From Candidatus Aphodoplasma excrementigallinarum (GTDB taxonomy: Bacteria; Bacillota; Clostridia; UBA1381; UMGS1253), in assembly GCA_018713805.1 (NCBI GenBank), contig DVOF01000142.1, positions 1 through 31,656 on the forward strand: 31,656 nucleotides of DNA, read 5' to 3'. A program made the translations under genes and the position numbers. The notes under the pieces were generated by a model, which was given only the letters and a program-made list of their open reading frames with translations, ran no database searches and was not told the DNA's origin. Shown here one piece after another: positions 16,297 to 26,100 of this stretch (position 1 is its first letter; each line of letters begins with the position of its first letter).

Positions 16297-17235
16297 ATGA
16301 AAACGTGTATTTGCGATTTGCTGGGGATCCAATACCCCATCCTGCAGGGCGGTATGGCATGGGTTGCGACGGCGGAATTAGCCGTTGCGGTGTCGGAGGC
16401 GGGCGGCCTCGGCATCATTGCGGCGGGCAACGCGCCGGGCAGCTATGTGCGCGAACAGGTGCAGAAGGCGAAGTCCATGACGGATAAGCCGTTCGGCGTA
16501 AACGTCATGTTGCTGTCACCCTATGTGGAAGAGGTCATGCAGGTTTTGACGGAGGAAAAGGTCGCGGTCGTGACGACGGGCGCGGGCAACCCCGGCAAAT
16601 ATATCCCCGCGCTGAAGGCGGCGGGAATCAAGGTCATCCCGGTCATCCCGTCGGTTTCGATTGCAAAGAAGATGGAACGGGACGGCGCGGACGCAGTCAT
16701 TGCAGAAGGGACGGAGTCCGGCGGCCATATCGGCGAGCTGACAACCATGGCGCTGGTGCCGCAGGTTGTGGACGCGGTCAATATCCCGGTCATTGCGGCG
16801 GGCGGCATTGCAGACAGCCGCGGTATCGTTGCGGCGCTTGCGCTCGGCGCAGTCGGGGTGCAGCTTGGGACGCGGTTTTTGTGCTCGACGGAATGCACGG
16901 CGCATGAAAACTACAAGGAAGCCGTTGTAGCGGCGAAGGACCGCGACGCGGTCGTAACCGGGCGCAGCACGGGCCATCCGGTGCGCGGCATTAAAAACAA
17001 GCTCACGCGCGGGTTTGACAAGCTCGAAAAAGAAGGCGCGAGCGTCGAAGAGATCGAAAAGTTTGGCATGGGCGCGCTGCGCAATGCGGTCGTAGACGGC
17101 GACACGCAGATGGGCGCGCTGATGGCGGGCCAGTCGGCGGGGCTTGTATGCGACATCAAGCCGTGCGCGCAGATTATGGCCGAGCTGGTCGGCGGGCTGG
17201 ACGCGGTTGAAAAACAGATTGAATCAGTTCTTTAA
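16297..17235 (+). CDS. fabK: Enoyl-ACP reductase II (FabK)
   Basis: YPILQGGMAWVA, EGTESGGHIG, IAAGGIADSRG, QLGTRF, GQSAG; inside the fab cluster; ATG 16297 with GAGGAGG SD. Confidence 0.93.
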   Translation: MKTCICDLLGIQYPILQGGMAWVATAELAVAVSEAGGLGIIAAGNAPGSYVREQVQKAKSMTDKPFGVNVMLLSPYVEEVMQVLTEEKVAVVTTGAGNPGKYIPALKAAGIKVIPVIPSVSIAKKMERDGADAVIAEGTESGGHIGELTTMALVPQVVDAVNIPVIAAGGIADSRGIVAALALGAVGVQLGTRFLCSTECTAHENYKEAVVAAKDRDAVVTGRSTGHPVRGIKNKLTRGFDKLEKEGASVEEIEKFGMGALRNAVVDGDTQMGALMAGQSAGLVCDIKPCAQIMAELVGGLDAVEKQIESVL

Positions 17236-17265
17236 TAAAACGGGAAACGGAAAGGCGGTACATAG

Positions 17266-18207
17266 ATGGGGAAGATGGCGTTTATGTTCAGCGGACAGGG
17301 CGCGCAGGCGGTCGGTATGGGCAAAGAGCTTGCCGAAAACTTTGCGTGCGCGGACGCAGTGTTTGAGCAGGCGAGCGACGCGCTCGGCATGGATGTGAAA
17401 AAGCTGGTCTGGGAGAGCGACGAAGAGACGCTCATGATTACGGAAAACACCCAGCCGGCGATTCTTACGATGAGCGTTGCGGCGCTGCGCGTGCTGGAGG
17501 AAAAGGGTATAAAGCCCGACGTGGTTGCAGGGCTGAGCCTGGGCGAATATGCGGCGCACGTTGCGTCCGGCTCGCTCGATTTTAAAGAGGCAGTTAAGCT
17601 CGTGAAAAAGCGGGGGAAGTACATGCAGGAAACCGTCCCGCTCGGCGTGGGCGGCATGGCGGCGATTCTTGCGCTTAGCCCGGAAGATGTTGTGGCGTGC
17701 TGTAAGGAGGCGTCGGCGGCGGGCATCGTCGAGCCGGCAAACTTCAACTGCCCGGGGCAGATTACGGTAGCAGGCGAAATTGCGGCGGTGGAAAAGTGCT
17801 GCGAGATTGCAAAGGAAAAGGGCGCAAAGCGCGCCATGCTTTTGCCGGTGAGCGCGCCGTTCCACTGTTCCATGCTTAAAGAGGCAGGGGAAAAGCTTGC
17901 GCGCGAGATGGAGAATATAACCATCAGCGACATGCAAATCCCGCTCATCACAAATGTGACGGGCGACTACCTCAAGGCAAAAGAGGAAATCAAACCCACG
18001 CTCGTAAAGCAGGTCAGCTCTTCGGTGCGCTGGGAGGAGGGCGTCCGCCGCATGATCGCGGACGGCGTCGACACGTTTGTCGAGGTTGGCCCCGGTAAGG
18101 CACTGTGCGGCTTTATGAAGAAAATCGACAAGGAAAAGAAAGCGTACAACGTAGAGGATATGGCCTCGCTGGAAAAGACGCTGGCAGGGCTGGCGGAAAA
18201 CGCATAA
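17266..18207 (+). CDS. fabD: Malonyl-CoA:ACP transacylase
   Basis: FSGQGAQ, TENTQPAI, GLSLGEY, ANFNCPGQI, VSAPFH. Confidence 0.97.
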   Translation: MGKMAFMFSGQGAQAVGMGKELAENFACADAVFEQASDALGMDVKKLVWESDEETLMITENTQPAILTMSVAALRVLEEKGIKPDVVAGLSLGEYAAHVASGSLDFKEAVKLVKKRGKYMQETVPLGVGGMAAILALSPEDVVACCKEASAAGIVEPANFNCPGQITVAGEIAAVEKCCEIAKEKGAKRAMLLPVSAPFHCSMLKEAGEKLAREMENITISDMQIPLITNVTGDYLKAKEEIKPTLVKQVSSSVRWEEGVRRMIADGVDTFVEVGPGKALCGFMKKIDKEKKAYNVEDMASLEKTLAGLAENA

Positions 18208-18240
18208 AGCAAGCACAAAACAGGAAAGGATGGTCGTACC

Positions 18241-18987
18241 ATGATTGATTTGACAAACAAAACTGCGATTGTGACCGGCGCAGGGCGCGGCATCGGCAAG
18301 GCAATTGCCCTAAAGCTCGCTTCCTTCGGCGCAAATATTGTAGTAAACGATATCCCCTCGTCAGCCGATGCAGACGAAACCGCCAAAGAGATCGAGGCGA
18401 TGGGCCGCGGCGCGCTCGTCTGCAAGGGCGACGTACGGAATTTTGACGATGTGAGCGAAATGGTGAAAAAAACGCTTGACAAATTCGGCACAGTTGATAT
18501 ATTAATAAATAACGCCGGTATCACACGCGATAACCTGATTATGCGGATGGATGAAAAAGACTTTGACGACGTTATTGCAATCAACCTCAAGGGGGCGTTC
18601 AACTGTATCAAGGCCGTGACGCGCCCGATGATGAAGCAGCGCAGCGGCGCGATTGTCAATATGGCGTCTGTGGTTGGTATCATGGGCAACGCAGGGCAGG
18701 CGAACTACAGCGCGTCGAAGGCAGGGCTGATCGGCCTGACAAAGTCGACGGCGAAGGAGCTGTCCAGCCGCGGCATCCGCGCAAATGCGATTGCGCCCGG
18801 GTTTATCGAGTCGCTGATGACTGACAAGCTGCCGGAAAACGTAAAGAACGAATACTTTAAGGCAATCCCGCTCGGCCGCTTCGGCACGGCAGAGGATATT
18901 GCCAATACGGCGGCCTTTTTGGTCAGCGACATGGCATCCTATATCACCGGGCAGGTAATACATATTGACGGCGGGCTCCTGATGTAG
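18241..18987 (+). CDS. fabG: 3-oxoacyl-ACP reductase
   Basis: TGAGRGIG, NNAGITRD, YSASK catalytic motif, NAIAPGFI. Confidence 0.97.
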   Translation: MIDLTNKTAIVTGAGRGIGKAIALKLASFGANIVVNDIPSSADADETAKEIEAMGRGALVCKGDVRNFDDVSEMVKKTLDKFGTVDILINNAGITRDNLIMRMDEKDFDDVIAINLKGAFNCIKAVTRPMMKQRSGAIVNMASVVGIMGNAGQANYSASKAGLIGLTKSTAKELSSRGIRANAIAPGFIESLMTDKLPENVKNEYFKAIPLGRFGTAEDIANTAAFLVSDMASYITGQVIHIDGGLLM

Positions 18988-19090
18988 TATGATAGGGTAC
19001 TGGAATGAAGAAAACCATCCTGGTTTTCTTGATTTATAGAGTTTGCGTTTTGCAAAACTTTGAAATCTTCGTAAAGGAGGTGACACACCA

Positions 19091-19318
19091 ATGGTATTTG
19101 ACAAGGTAAAAGCAATCATTGTTGACCAGCTTGGCGTTGAGGAAGATGCTGTAAAGATGGAGGCGTCCTTTTTAGACGATTTGGGCGCGGACTCTTTGGA
19201 CATCGTAGAGCTTATTATGGCTCTTGAGGAGGAATTCGATATCGAGATTCCGGATGAAGAGGCTGAGAAGATTACAACAGTGGGGGATGCAGTCAACTAC
19301 ATTTCCGCTAATTCCTAA
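19091..19318 (+). CDS. acpP: Acyl carrier protein
   Basis: [12 protein letters not shown] phosphopantetheine site; acidic 75 aa; AAGGAGGTG SD. Confidence 0.98.
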   Translation: MVFDKVKAIIVDQLGVEEDAVKMEASFLDDLGADSLDIVELIMALEEEFDIEIPDEEAEKITTVGDAVNYISANS

Positions 19319-19520
19319 AAGACACGTTCGCAGCGGGGAGGGCGGCGCGCCTTTCCCGCCGCGGATATGTGTTCTCGATCGATGTGTTTGGTGAATTTGG
19401 GAAATTCTCTTTTAAACAGAGTTTATATAGACACAAAATCTTGTCTTTGCGCCGTAAGGGGGCGCAGGGCGTTATTTTTATCGTAGGTATGCGCAAGGTA
19501 TACGAAAGGATGGTCAGACA

Positions 19521-20753
19521 ATGAGAAGAGTTGCAGTGACCGGGCTTGGCGTAATCAGCCCGATCGGGAACGAGATCGATACATTTTGGAAAAACGTAAA
19601 AGACGGCGTATGCGGCATCGACCGGGTGACGCGCTTTGACGCAAGTGCGTTTGCGTGCCAGGTGGCAGGCGAAGTCAAGGACTTTGAGCCGACGCAGTAC
19701 ATTGACCGGAAAGAGGCAAAGCGGATGGACCGCTACACGCATTTTGCCGTTGCAGCGGCAAAAATGGCGATTGCCGACAGCGGGCTCGACTTGGAAAAAG
19801 AGGATATGAACCGCTTCGGCGTAATTACCGGCTCCGGCATCGGCGGGATTGAAACGTTTGAAGCACAGTCGAAAACAATGCTGGAGAGAGGGCCGGGGCG
19901 CGTCAGCCCGTTCTTTATCCCGATGATGATTTCCAACATTGCGGCGGCGCAGATTGCGATCATGACCGGCGCGAAGGGGGTAAATTTCAATGTGACGAGC
20001 GCGTGCGCATCCGGTACAAATGCAATCGGCGAGGCGTTCCGCGCGATTAAATACGGCACTTGTGACATTATCTGCGCCGGCGGGGCAGAGGCGGCGATCA
20101 CACCGCTGTCGTTTGCTGGCTTTTGCAACATGAAGGCGCTGAGTACGCGCAACGACCCGAAGCGGGCGAGTATCCCGTTCGACGCGGACCGCGACGGCTT
20201 TGTCATGGGCGAAGGCGCGGGGGTTCTGATTTTGGAGGAGCTGGAGCACGCGAAGGCGCGCGGCGCGGAAATCTACTGTGAGATGGTTGGCTATGGCGCA
20301 ACGGACGACGCGTACCATGTGACGGCGCCGGCGCCGGAGGGCGAAGGCGGCGCGCGGGCGATGCAGCTTGCCATTGATGAGGCTGGCATACCGGCTTCGG
20401 ATGTGGATTATATCAATGCGCACGGTACATCGACGCCGTACAATGATAAGTTTGAGACTGCGGCGATCAAGACCGTGTTTGGTGAGCATGCCGGAAAGGT
20501 CGCGGTCAGCTCGACGAAATCCATGACGGGACATCTGCTCGGCGGGGCCGGCGGCGTGGAGGGCGTAATTTGCGCGCTGTCGCTCAAGGATGGCTACATC
20601 CCGCAGACGGTCGGATATCAGACGCCGGACCCGGAGTGCGACCTCGACTATGTGACCGAGGGCGGCCGTGAGCAGGCGATCAACTATGCGCTTTCCAACT
20701 CGCTTGGCTTTGGCGGGCACAATGCAAGTATATTATTTAAAAAATTTGCGTAA
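19521..20753 (+). CDS. fabF: 3-oxoacyl-ACP synthase II
   Basis: VAVTGLG, TSACASG (Cys), [26 protein letters not shown]. Confidence 0.97.
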   Translation: MRRVAVTGLGVISPIGNEIDTFWKNVKDGVCGIDRVTRFDASAFACQVAGEVKDFEPTQYIDRKEAKRMDRYTHFAVAAAKMAIADSGLDLEKEDMNRFGVITGSGIGGIETFEAQSKTMLERGPGRVSPFFIPMMISNIAAAQIAIMTGAKGVNFNVTSACASGTNAIGEAFRAIKYGTCDIICAGGAEAAITPLSFAGFCNMKALSTRNDPKRASIPFDADRDGFVMGEGAGVLILEELEHAKARGAEIYCEMVGYGATDDAYHVTAPAPEGEGGARAMQLAIDEAGIPASDVDYINAHGTSTPYNDKFETAAIKTVFGEHAGKVAVSSTKSMTGHLLGGAGGVEGVICALSLKDGYIPQTVGYQTPDPECDLDYVTEGGREQAINYALSNSLGFGGHNASILFKKFA

Positions 20754-20794
20754 TTTATGAGGGGACAGGAAACAGAGAGAGGCAGGCGCGTAAC

Positions 20795-21520
20795 ATGAGC
20801 AGCGAAGGGCGCGGCGGGCACAGCAAGGCCCATCTGGCGGAGTTTGAGAAGATAATTGGATACAGCTTTAAGGACAAGGCGCTGCTCCGCCATGCACTGT
20901 CCCATACGTCGTACACAAATGAGCACGGCCTGGAGAAGCATGCAAGTAACGAGCGGCTCGAGTTTTTGGGCGACGCAATCGTCGATATGGTAGTGAGCGA
21001 CTATCTGTACCGGCACAGCAGCACAGAGCCGGAGGGGACGCTGACGAAATGGCGCGCGAGCGTTGTGTGCGAGTCGTCGTTTGCCCACATTGCCGCGGGG
21101 ATGGACTATGGCGCGTACCTGCTTTTGGGCAAAGGCGAGGAGGCGACCGGCGGCCGCAGCCGCAGCAGCGTGCTTGCCGATGCGTTTGAGGCTGTGATTG
21201 CGGCGATTTACTTAGACAGCGACATACAAACCGTGTCGGATTGGATTATCCGGCACCTGAAAGAGGAGATTGCGCTTGCCGTGGAGGGCAAGACTGCGAA
21301 GGACTATAAAACGCTTTTGCAGGAATTGGTGCAGAAGGGCGAACGTGGGAAGGTCTCCTACCGGGTGACGGACGAGCGCGGGCCGGACCATGCCAAGATG
21401 TTCTGTGTCGAGGTGTTGATCGACGGGCAGCGGGTTGCGGACGGCTCGGGAACGAGTAAAAAGGACGCGGAGCAGGCGGCTGCCGGCGCGGCGGTCAAGG
21501 CCATTACAAAAAGGAGATAA
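20795..21520 (+). CDS. rnc: Ribonuclease III
   Basis: NERLEFLGDAI signature, LADAFEAVIAAIYLD, C-terminal dsRBD (DYKTLLQE...GPDHAKMF...SKKDAEQAAA). Confidence 0.98.
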   Translation: MSSEGRGGHSKAHLAEFEKIIGYSFKDKALLRHALSHTSYTNEHGLEKHASNERLEFLGDAIVDMVVSDYLYRHSSTEPEGTLTKWRASVVCESSFAHIAAGMDYGAYLLLGKGEEATGGRSRSSVLADAFEAVIAAIYLDSDIQTVSDWIIRHLKEEIALAVEGKTAKDYKTLLQELVQKGERGKVSYRVTDERGPDHAKMFCVEVLIDGQRVADGSGTSKKDAEQAAAGAAVKAITKRR

Positions 21521-21525
21521 GATTG

Positions 21526-21555
21526 CGGGCTGTGGATTTGTGCAGCCCGTTTTTT
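21526..21555 (+). terminator. Terminator/attenuator-like hairpin between rnc and the radical SAM gene
   Basis: cgggctgt(21526-21533)...gcagcccg(21542-21549) then six T. Confidence 0.55.
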
Positions 21556-21569
21556 CACGGGAGGTTTCT

Positions 21570-22562
21570 ATGAGGAAGGTCAATATCCCCATCTTTGTGC
21601 CGCATTTAGGCTGTCCGCACGGCTGCGTATTTTGCAACCAGAGGCGGATTACCGGGCAGACGGACGCCGTGACGCCGGATATGGCGCGCAAAATTGTGGA
21701 GCAGGCGCTACACACGATTGACCGGGAAAATACATGCGTCGAGATCGCCTTTTTCGGCGGAAGCTTTACGGCGATACCGCTGCCGGAGCAGGAGGCGTTC
21801 CTGCGTGCGGTGGAGCCGTACCGGCGCGGCGGTATGGTGGACGGGATACGGCTTTCGACGCGGCCGGACTGCATTGGGGAGGGGAACCTCTCCCTGCTGC
21901 GCGGCTATGGCGTCACGAGCATTGAGCTGGGCGTACAGTCGAGCGACGGCGGCGTTTTGGCAAAAAGCCGGCGCGGGCATACGTTTGCCGACGTGGAAGC
22001 GGCGGCGCGGCTGATCAGGCACTTTGGGTTCGAGCTGGGGCTGCAAATGATGCTCGGCCTGCCGGGCGACACGTGGGAAAAGTCGCGCAAAACGGCGGAA
22101 GATATTATCTCTCTATCGCCGGACACGGCGCGGATTTACCCCACCGTTGTGCTGCGCGGCAGTGTGTTGTGCGATTTATACGAAAAGGGGCTGTATGCGC
22201 CGCTTCCGCTTGAGGAAGCGGTGGCATGGTGCGCGCAGATTTATGCACTCTTTACACAAAGCGGTATCACCGTTTTGCGGATGGGGCTGATGGCGTCAGA
22301 GGATTTGCGCGGGGGACTTGTGGCAGGGCCGTACCACCCTGCGTTCGGCGAGCTGGTGCATGCGCGGCTGTTTTTGGATCAAATGCGCAAGCTGCTTGCC
22401 GGGCGCGCCGGCGGCGAGGCGGTCGTGCGCGTCAACCCGAAAGACCGCTCGAAGGCGGCGGGGCACCACCGGCAAAACATAGAGACGATAAAAAATGAAC
22501 TGGGTGTAAAGATTACCCTGATTGGCGACGAAAGTGTTGAACCCGGGATCATAATATGCTAA
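21570..22562 (+). CDS. Radical SAM protein (ELP3-like group commonly found between rnc and smc)
   Basis: IPIFVPHLGCPHGCVFCNQ (CxxxCxxC), AFFGGSFT, RLSTRPD, ELGVQS, GPYHPAFGE; ATG 21570 with GGAGGT SD. Confidence 0.93.
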   Translation: MRKVNIPIFVPHLGCPHGCVFCNQRRITGQTDAVTPDMARKIVEQALHTIDRENTCVEIAFFGGSFTAIPLPEQEAFLRAVEPYRRGGMVDGIRLSTRPDCIGEGNLSLLRGYGVTSIELGVQSSDGGVLAKSRRGHTFADVEAAARLIRHFGFELGLQMMLGLPGDTWEKSRKTAEDIISLSPDTARIYPTVVLRGSVLCDLYEKGLYAPLPLEEAVAWCAQIYALFTQSGITVLRMGLMASEDLRGGLVAGPYHPAFGELVHARLFLDQMRKLLAGRAGGEAVVRVNPKDRSKAAGHHRQNIETIKNELGVKITLIGDESVEPGIIIC

Positions 22563-22582
22563 AATAAAATTTAGGTGGTTTT

Positions 22583-23116
22583 ATGAATCTTTGGCAAAAC
22601 TTCGAGATCGACCAAACAAAATGGATCAATAACGGGATTTCTTTTCGGTATGAAAAGGGGATAGACGAGGAACTAAAAAGTAAGTTTATCCTGTTTGCAA
22701 AATGGTTAAGGCGTACGTATGTTTTTCCTGTACATATCAATGTTTATGTAAAAAACTGCGTAAAAGTCAAGCTTTGGAGCGGGGCTATGGCCTATGGGAG
22801 TTTCCGCTGGTTCGAGGATAGAGCGCCGTATATCCGGATACCTGCAAAAATAGATTCACAGTTATACGAAACGTTTTCGCGGGAGGAACTGTATGAACAG
22901 CTTCTTTCCTCACTCGTTCATGAGCTGAGCCACTATTATCAATGGTTTTTGGGCTTGGAGCAGGACAATGCAACATCGGAACGGCAGGCGAATTATTTTA
23001 GGTATCGTATTATTGATCAATATTACAACATTGGTATCATGAGCGCGGCAGACACAGCCGCACACAGAAGGGGAGAGTCGTTTGTACTTAAAGGGGATCG
23101 AGCTGATAGGTTTTAA
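22583..23116 (+). CDS. Hypothetical HExxH (zincin-like) metalloprotein, low G+C
   Basis: LVHELSHYYQ (22919-22933) followed by ERQANYF; AGGTGG SD; 3' end overlaps the smc start by 35 nt. Confidence 0.75.
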   Translation: MNLWQNFEIDQTKWINNGISFRYEKGIDEELKSKFILFAKWLRRTYVFPVHINVYVKNCVKVKLWSGAMAYGSFRWFEDRAPYIRIPAKIDSQLYETFSREELYEQLLSSLVHELSHYYQWFLGLEQDNATSERQANYFRYRIIDQYYNIGIMSAADTAAHRRGESFVLKGDRADRF

Positions 23117-26100
23117 ATCCTTTGCCGATAAGACGCGCCTGACGTTTGAGCCGGGCGTGACGTCGGTCGTAGGGCCGAACGGGAGCGGGAAAAGCAATAT
23201 TTCCGACGCGATCCGCTGGGTCATGGGCGAAATGAGCGCAAAGAGCCTGCGCGGGGCGAACATGCAGGACGTGATTTTCGCCGGGACGCAGACGCGCAAG
23301 CCGCTCGGCTTTGCACAGGTGAGCCTGACGCTCGACAACAGCGACCATGCGCTCGACATTGAATATGGCGAGGTCACGGTGACGCGGCGGGTATACCGCA
23401 GCGGCGAGAGCGAATATTCCATCAACGGCGCGCCATGCCGGCTTAGGGACATTCACGAGCTGTTCATGGACACGGGGCTGGGCCGGGACGGTTATTCGAT
23501 CATCGGGCAGGGAAAGGTCAACGAAATTATTTCCGGCAAAGCGGACGACCGGCGCGGTATCTTTGACGAGGCGGCGGGCATTTCGAAGTACCGCCATCGG
23601 AAGGAGGAGGCGGAGCGCAAGCTCGCGCACACGGAGGAGAACCTCATCCGCATAAACGATATCGTAGCGGAGCTTTCCAGCCAGGTGGAGCCGCTTTTGA
23701 AGCAGTCGCAGAAGGCGCGCCAGTACCTTGATTTGCGCGAGGAAATGAAAAAGTTAGAGATCAACCTCTTTTTGCAAACGGTCGATAAGCTCAAGCGGGA
23801 GATTGCGGATACGGCGAAGGCGTTTGCCGTGGTGACGGAGCAGCTTACCGCCATGCAGGCTGATAACGCGAAAACGGACGGAGAGATCGACCGGGTCAAT
23901 GCGCTGGCGGATGAATTGGAGGAGAAAATTGAGGCGCGGCGCGGGGAAAACGCGGACGCGGAGCTTCGCATCAAAGGGCTGCTTGGCGAGGCAGAAGTGC
24001 TCAAAAGCACGGCGGCGTCAAACGAGACGCTGATTGGGCGGATTAAAGGCGAAATCGCCCAGATGGAGCAGAAAATAGAAGGGCTTTCGCAGGCTGCGGA
24101 AGCGATTGTATTAGAAAAGCAGGAAAAGCAGGCGGCGCTGACGCAGCTTGAGGAGGAGGCCGCGCGGGCCGCAGAGGAGAACCAAGCGTTTTCCGGCCGC
24201 GCGCTTGCACTCGGCGAGCAGATCAATTCGATCAAGGCCGGCGTGATTGAAAAACTTAACGATATTGCGGCGTTGAAGGCGCGGCTCAGCTCGCTCGAGG
24301 CATTTAAAAAGAGCTTTCTCCAGCGTCGTGAGGCAATCCAGCTTGAAAAGGAGAGCATGGGCGCCGAACTTGCGCAGATCGAGGAAGCGCGGCAGGCGGG
24401 CGTGCAAGCGGCGGAGGCGGCACAGCGCCGCATGGACGCAGAGCAGAAGGAGCTTGCCTCGCTTACGGAAAAGATGGAGACGGCGCAGCGCACGCTTGCC
24501 GCGGCAAAGGACGACGCGGCGGCGAAAAATGCGGCGCTTACGCGGGAGCTGTCGCGCCTGCACATGCTAGTTGAAATGGAAAAGGATTTTGAAGGCTTTG
24601 CCAAGAGTGTCAAGGGCGTGCTTGCAGCGCATAAAAACGGACGGCTCGGCGGCGCGAAGGTGTACGGCGCGCTGTCATCGCTGATCGGCGTTCCGAAGCA
24701 GTACGTCACGGCGGTCGAGGCTCTGCTCGGCGGGGCGCTCCAAAACGTGGTTGTCGAAAGCGAGCAGGACGCAAAAACGGTGATCGAATACCTCAAGCGC
24801 AACCACTTGGGCCGCGTGACGTTCCTGCCGGTGACGTCGGTCAAGGGCCGCATGCTCGAAAACCAGCGCGCCGCTGCGGCGTGCCCTGGCTATATTGGCC
24901 TTGCGAGCGAGCTCGTGTCGTGCGATGCGCGCTATGGGGAAATTATTTCAAGCCTGCTCGGCAGGTGCGTGGTCGTCGACACAATGGATCACGCAATCGC
25001 CATGAGCCGGAAGTTCGGGTACAAATTCCGCGTGGCGACGCTGGAGGGCGAACTGCTTAATGCCGGCGGGTCGATCACGGGCGGCAGCATGAACAAGACG
25101 ACGGGGCTGCTCAGCCGCGCGGCGGAAATACATGCACTGCGCGCCTCGACGCAGGAAAAGCAGGCCGCGCTGGACGGCGTGCTTGCGCAGCAGGCCGCGC
25201 TCGAACAGGAGATGGAACAGTTTGCGGCGGCGCGGCGCGGCGCGGATGCGCTTCTGCGCACGGCGGAACAGGATTTGATCCGCGCGCGGGCGGAGCAGGA
25301 GCATGTCGAAAGCCTGGCGCAGGCGAAGAAGCTTTCCGGCGAGTCGATGGAGGGCGAGCTTGCGCAGATAGAGGAACAGATCAAAGACGCAAACGAGCAG
25401 ATTGCCGAGCTGATCAACGAGACGACGAAGGAAGAACTTACGATCGAGGCGGATCAGCAGAAGGCCGCGGAGCAGGAGGCTGCGCTTGCGGAGCATGAGG
25501 CTACGCGCGGCGAGATTGCGGCGCGCGTCAATGAAAAAAATATCGCGCTGACTGCGGCGCGCAAAGACATTGCCGCATGCGACTACCGGATCCGTGATGC
25601 AAAGGCGCAGGCCGAGACGGCGCGCGGCGAGATTGCGGCGAAACAGGCGGATATAGATGGGCTGAAAGAAAAAAACAGTTCGATCGCGGCGCAGGTCCGG
25701 GACAAGGAAGAACAGGCCGCCGCGGCGCAGGAACAGGCTAAAACGCTGCTCGGCGCAGTCGCTGTGCTGTGCGAGCAGCGCGACGCGGCGCGGACGCGTG
25801 CGCGCAGTTTACTGGAGGAAAACAAGGAGGCGCGCGAGCAGATATACGCGCTCAAGGAGGAACAAAGCCGGATCGACAACAAGCGTACCCGGCAGGAGAG
25901 CGAGCTCGATACTATTACGGCGAAAATTTGGGAAGAATACGAAGTGACATACCTGAGCGCAAAAGAATACGAGGTCGACATCGGGCCGGCCGGCGTGGCA
26001 AAGTCGCGCGTGGGCGAGCTGCGCGCAAAGATACGCGCGCTCGGGAACGTCAATGTCGACGCAATCGAGGAATATAAGTCCGTCAAGGAGCGGTTCGACT

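Noticed and set aside
19308-20720. 470-aa antisense ORF opposite fabF (similar ones opposite dxs, fabH, fabD, smc, ftsY)
   Set aside because: Shadow ORFs from high third-position G+C; Arg/Ala/His-rich with no family motifs.
25504-25640. 20-nt direct repeat cgcgcggcgagattgcggcg at 25504 and 25621
   Set aside because: In-frame (117 nt apart), encodes RGEIAA twice in the SMC coiled coil; only two copies, not CRISPR-like or mobile.
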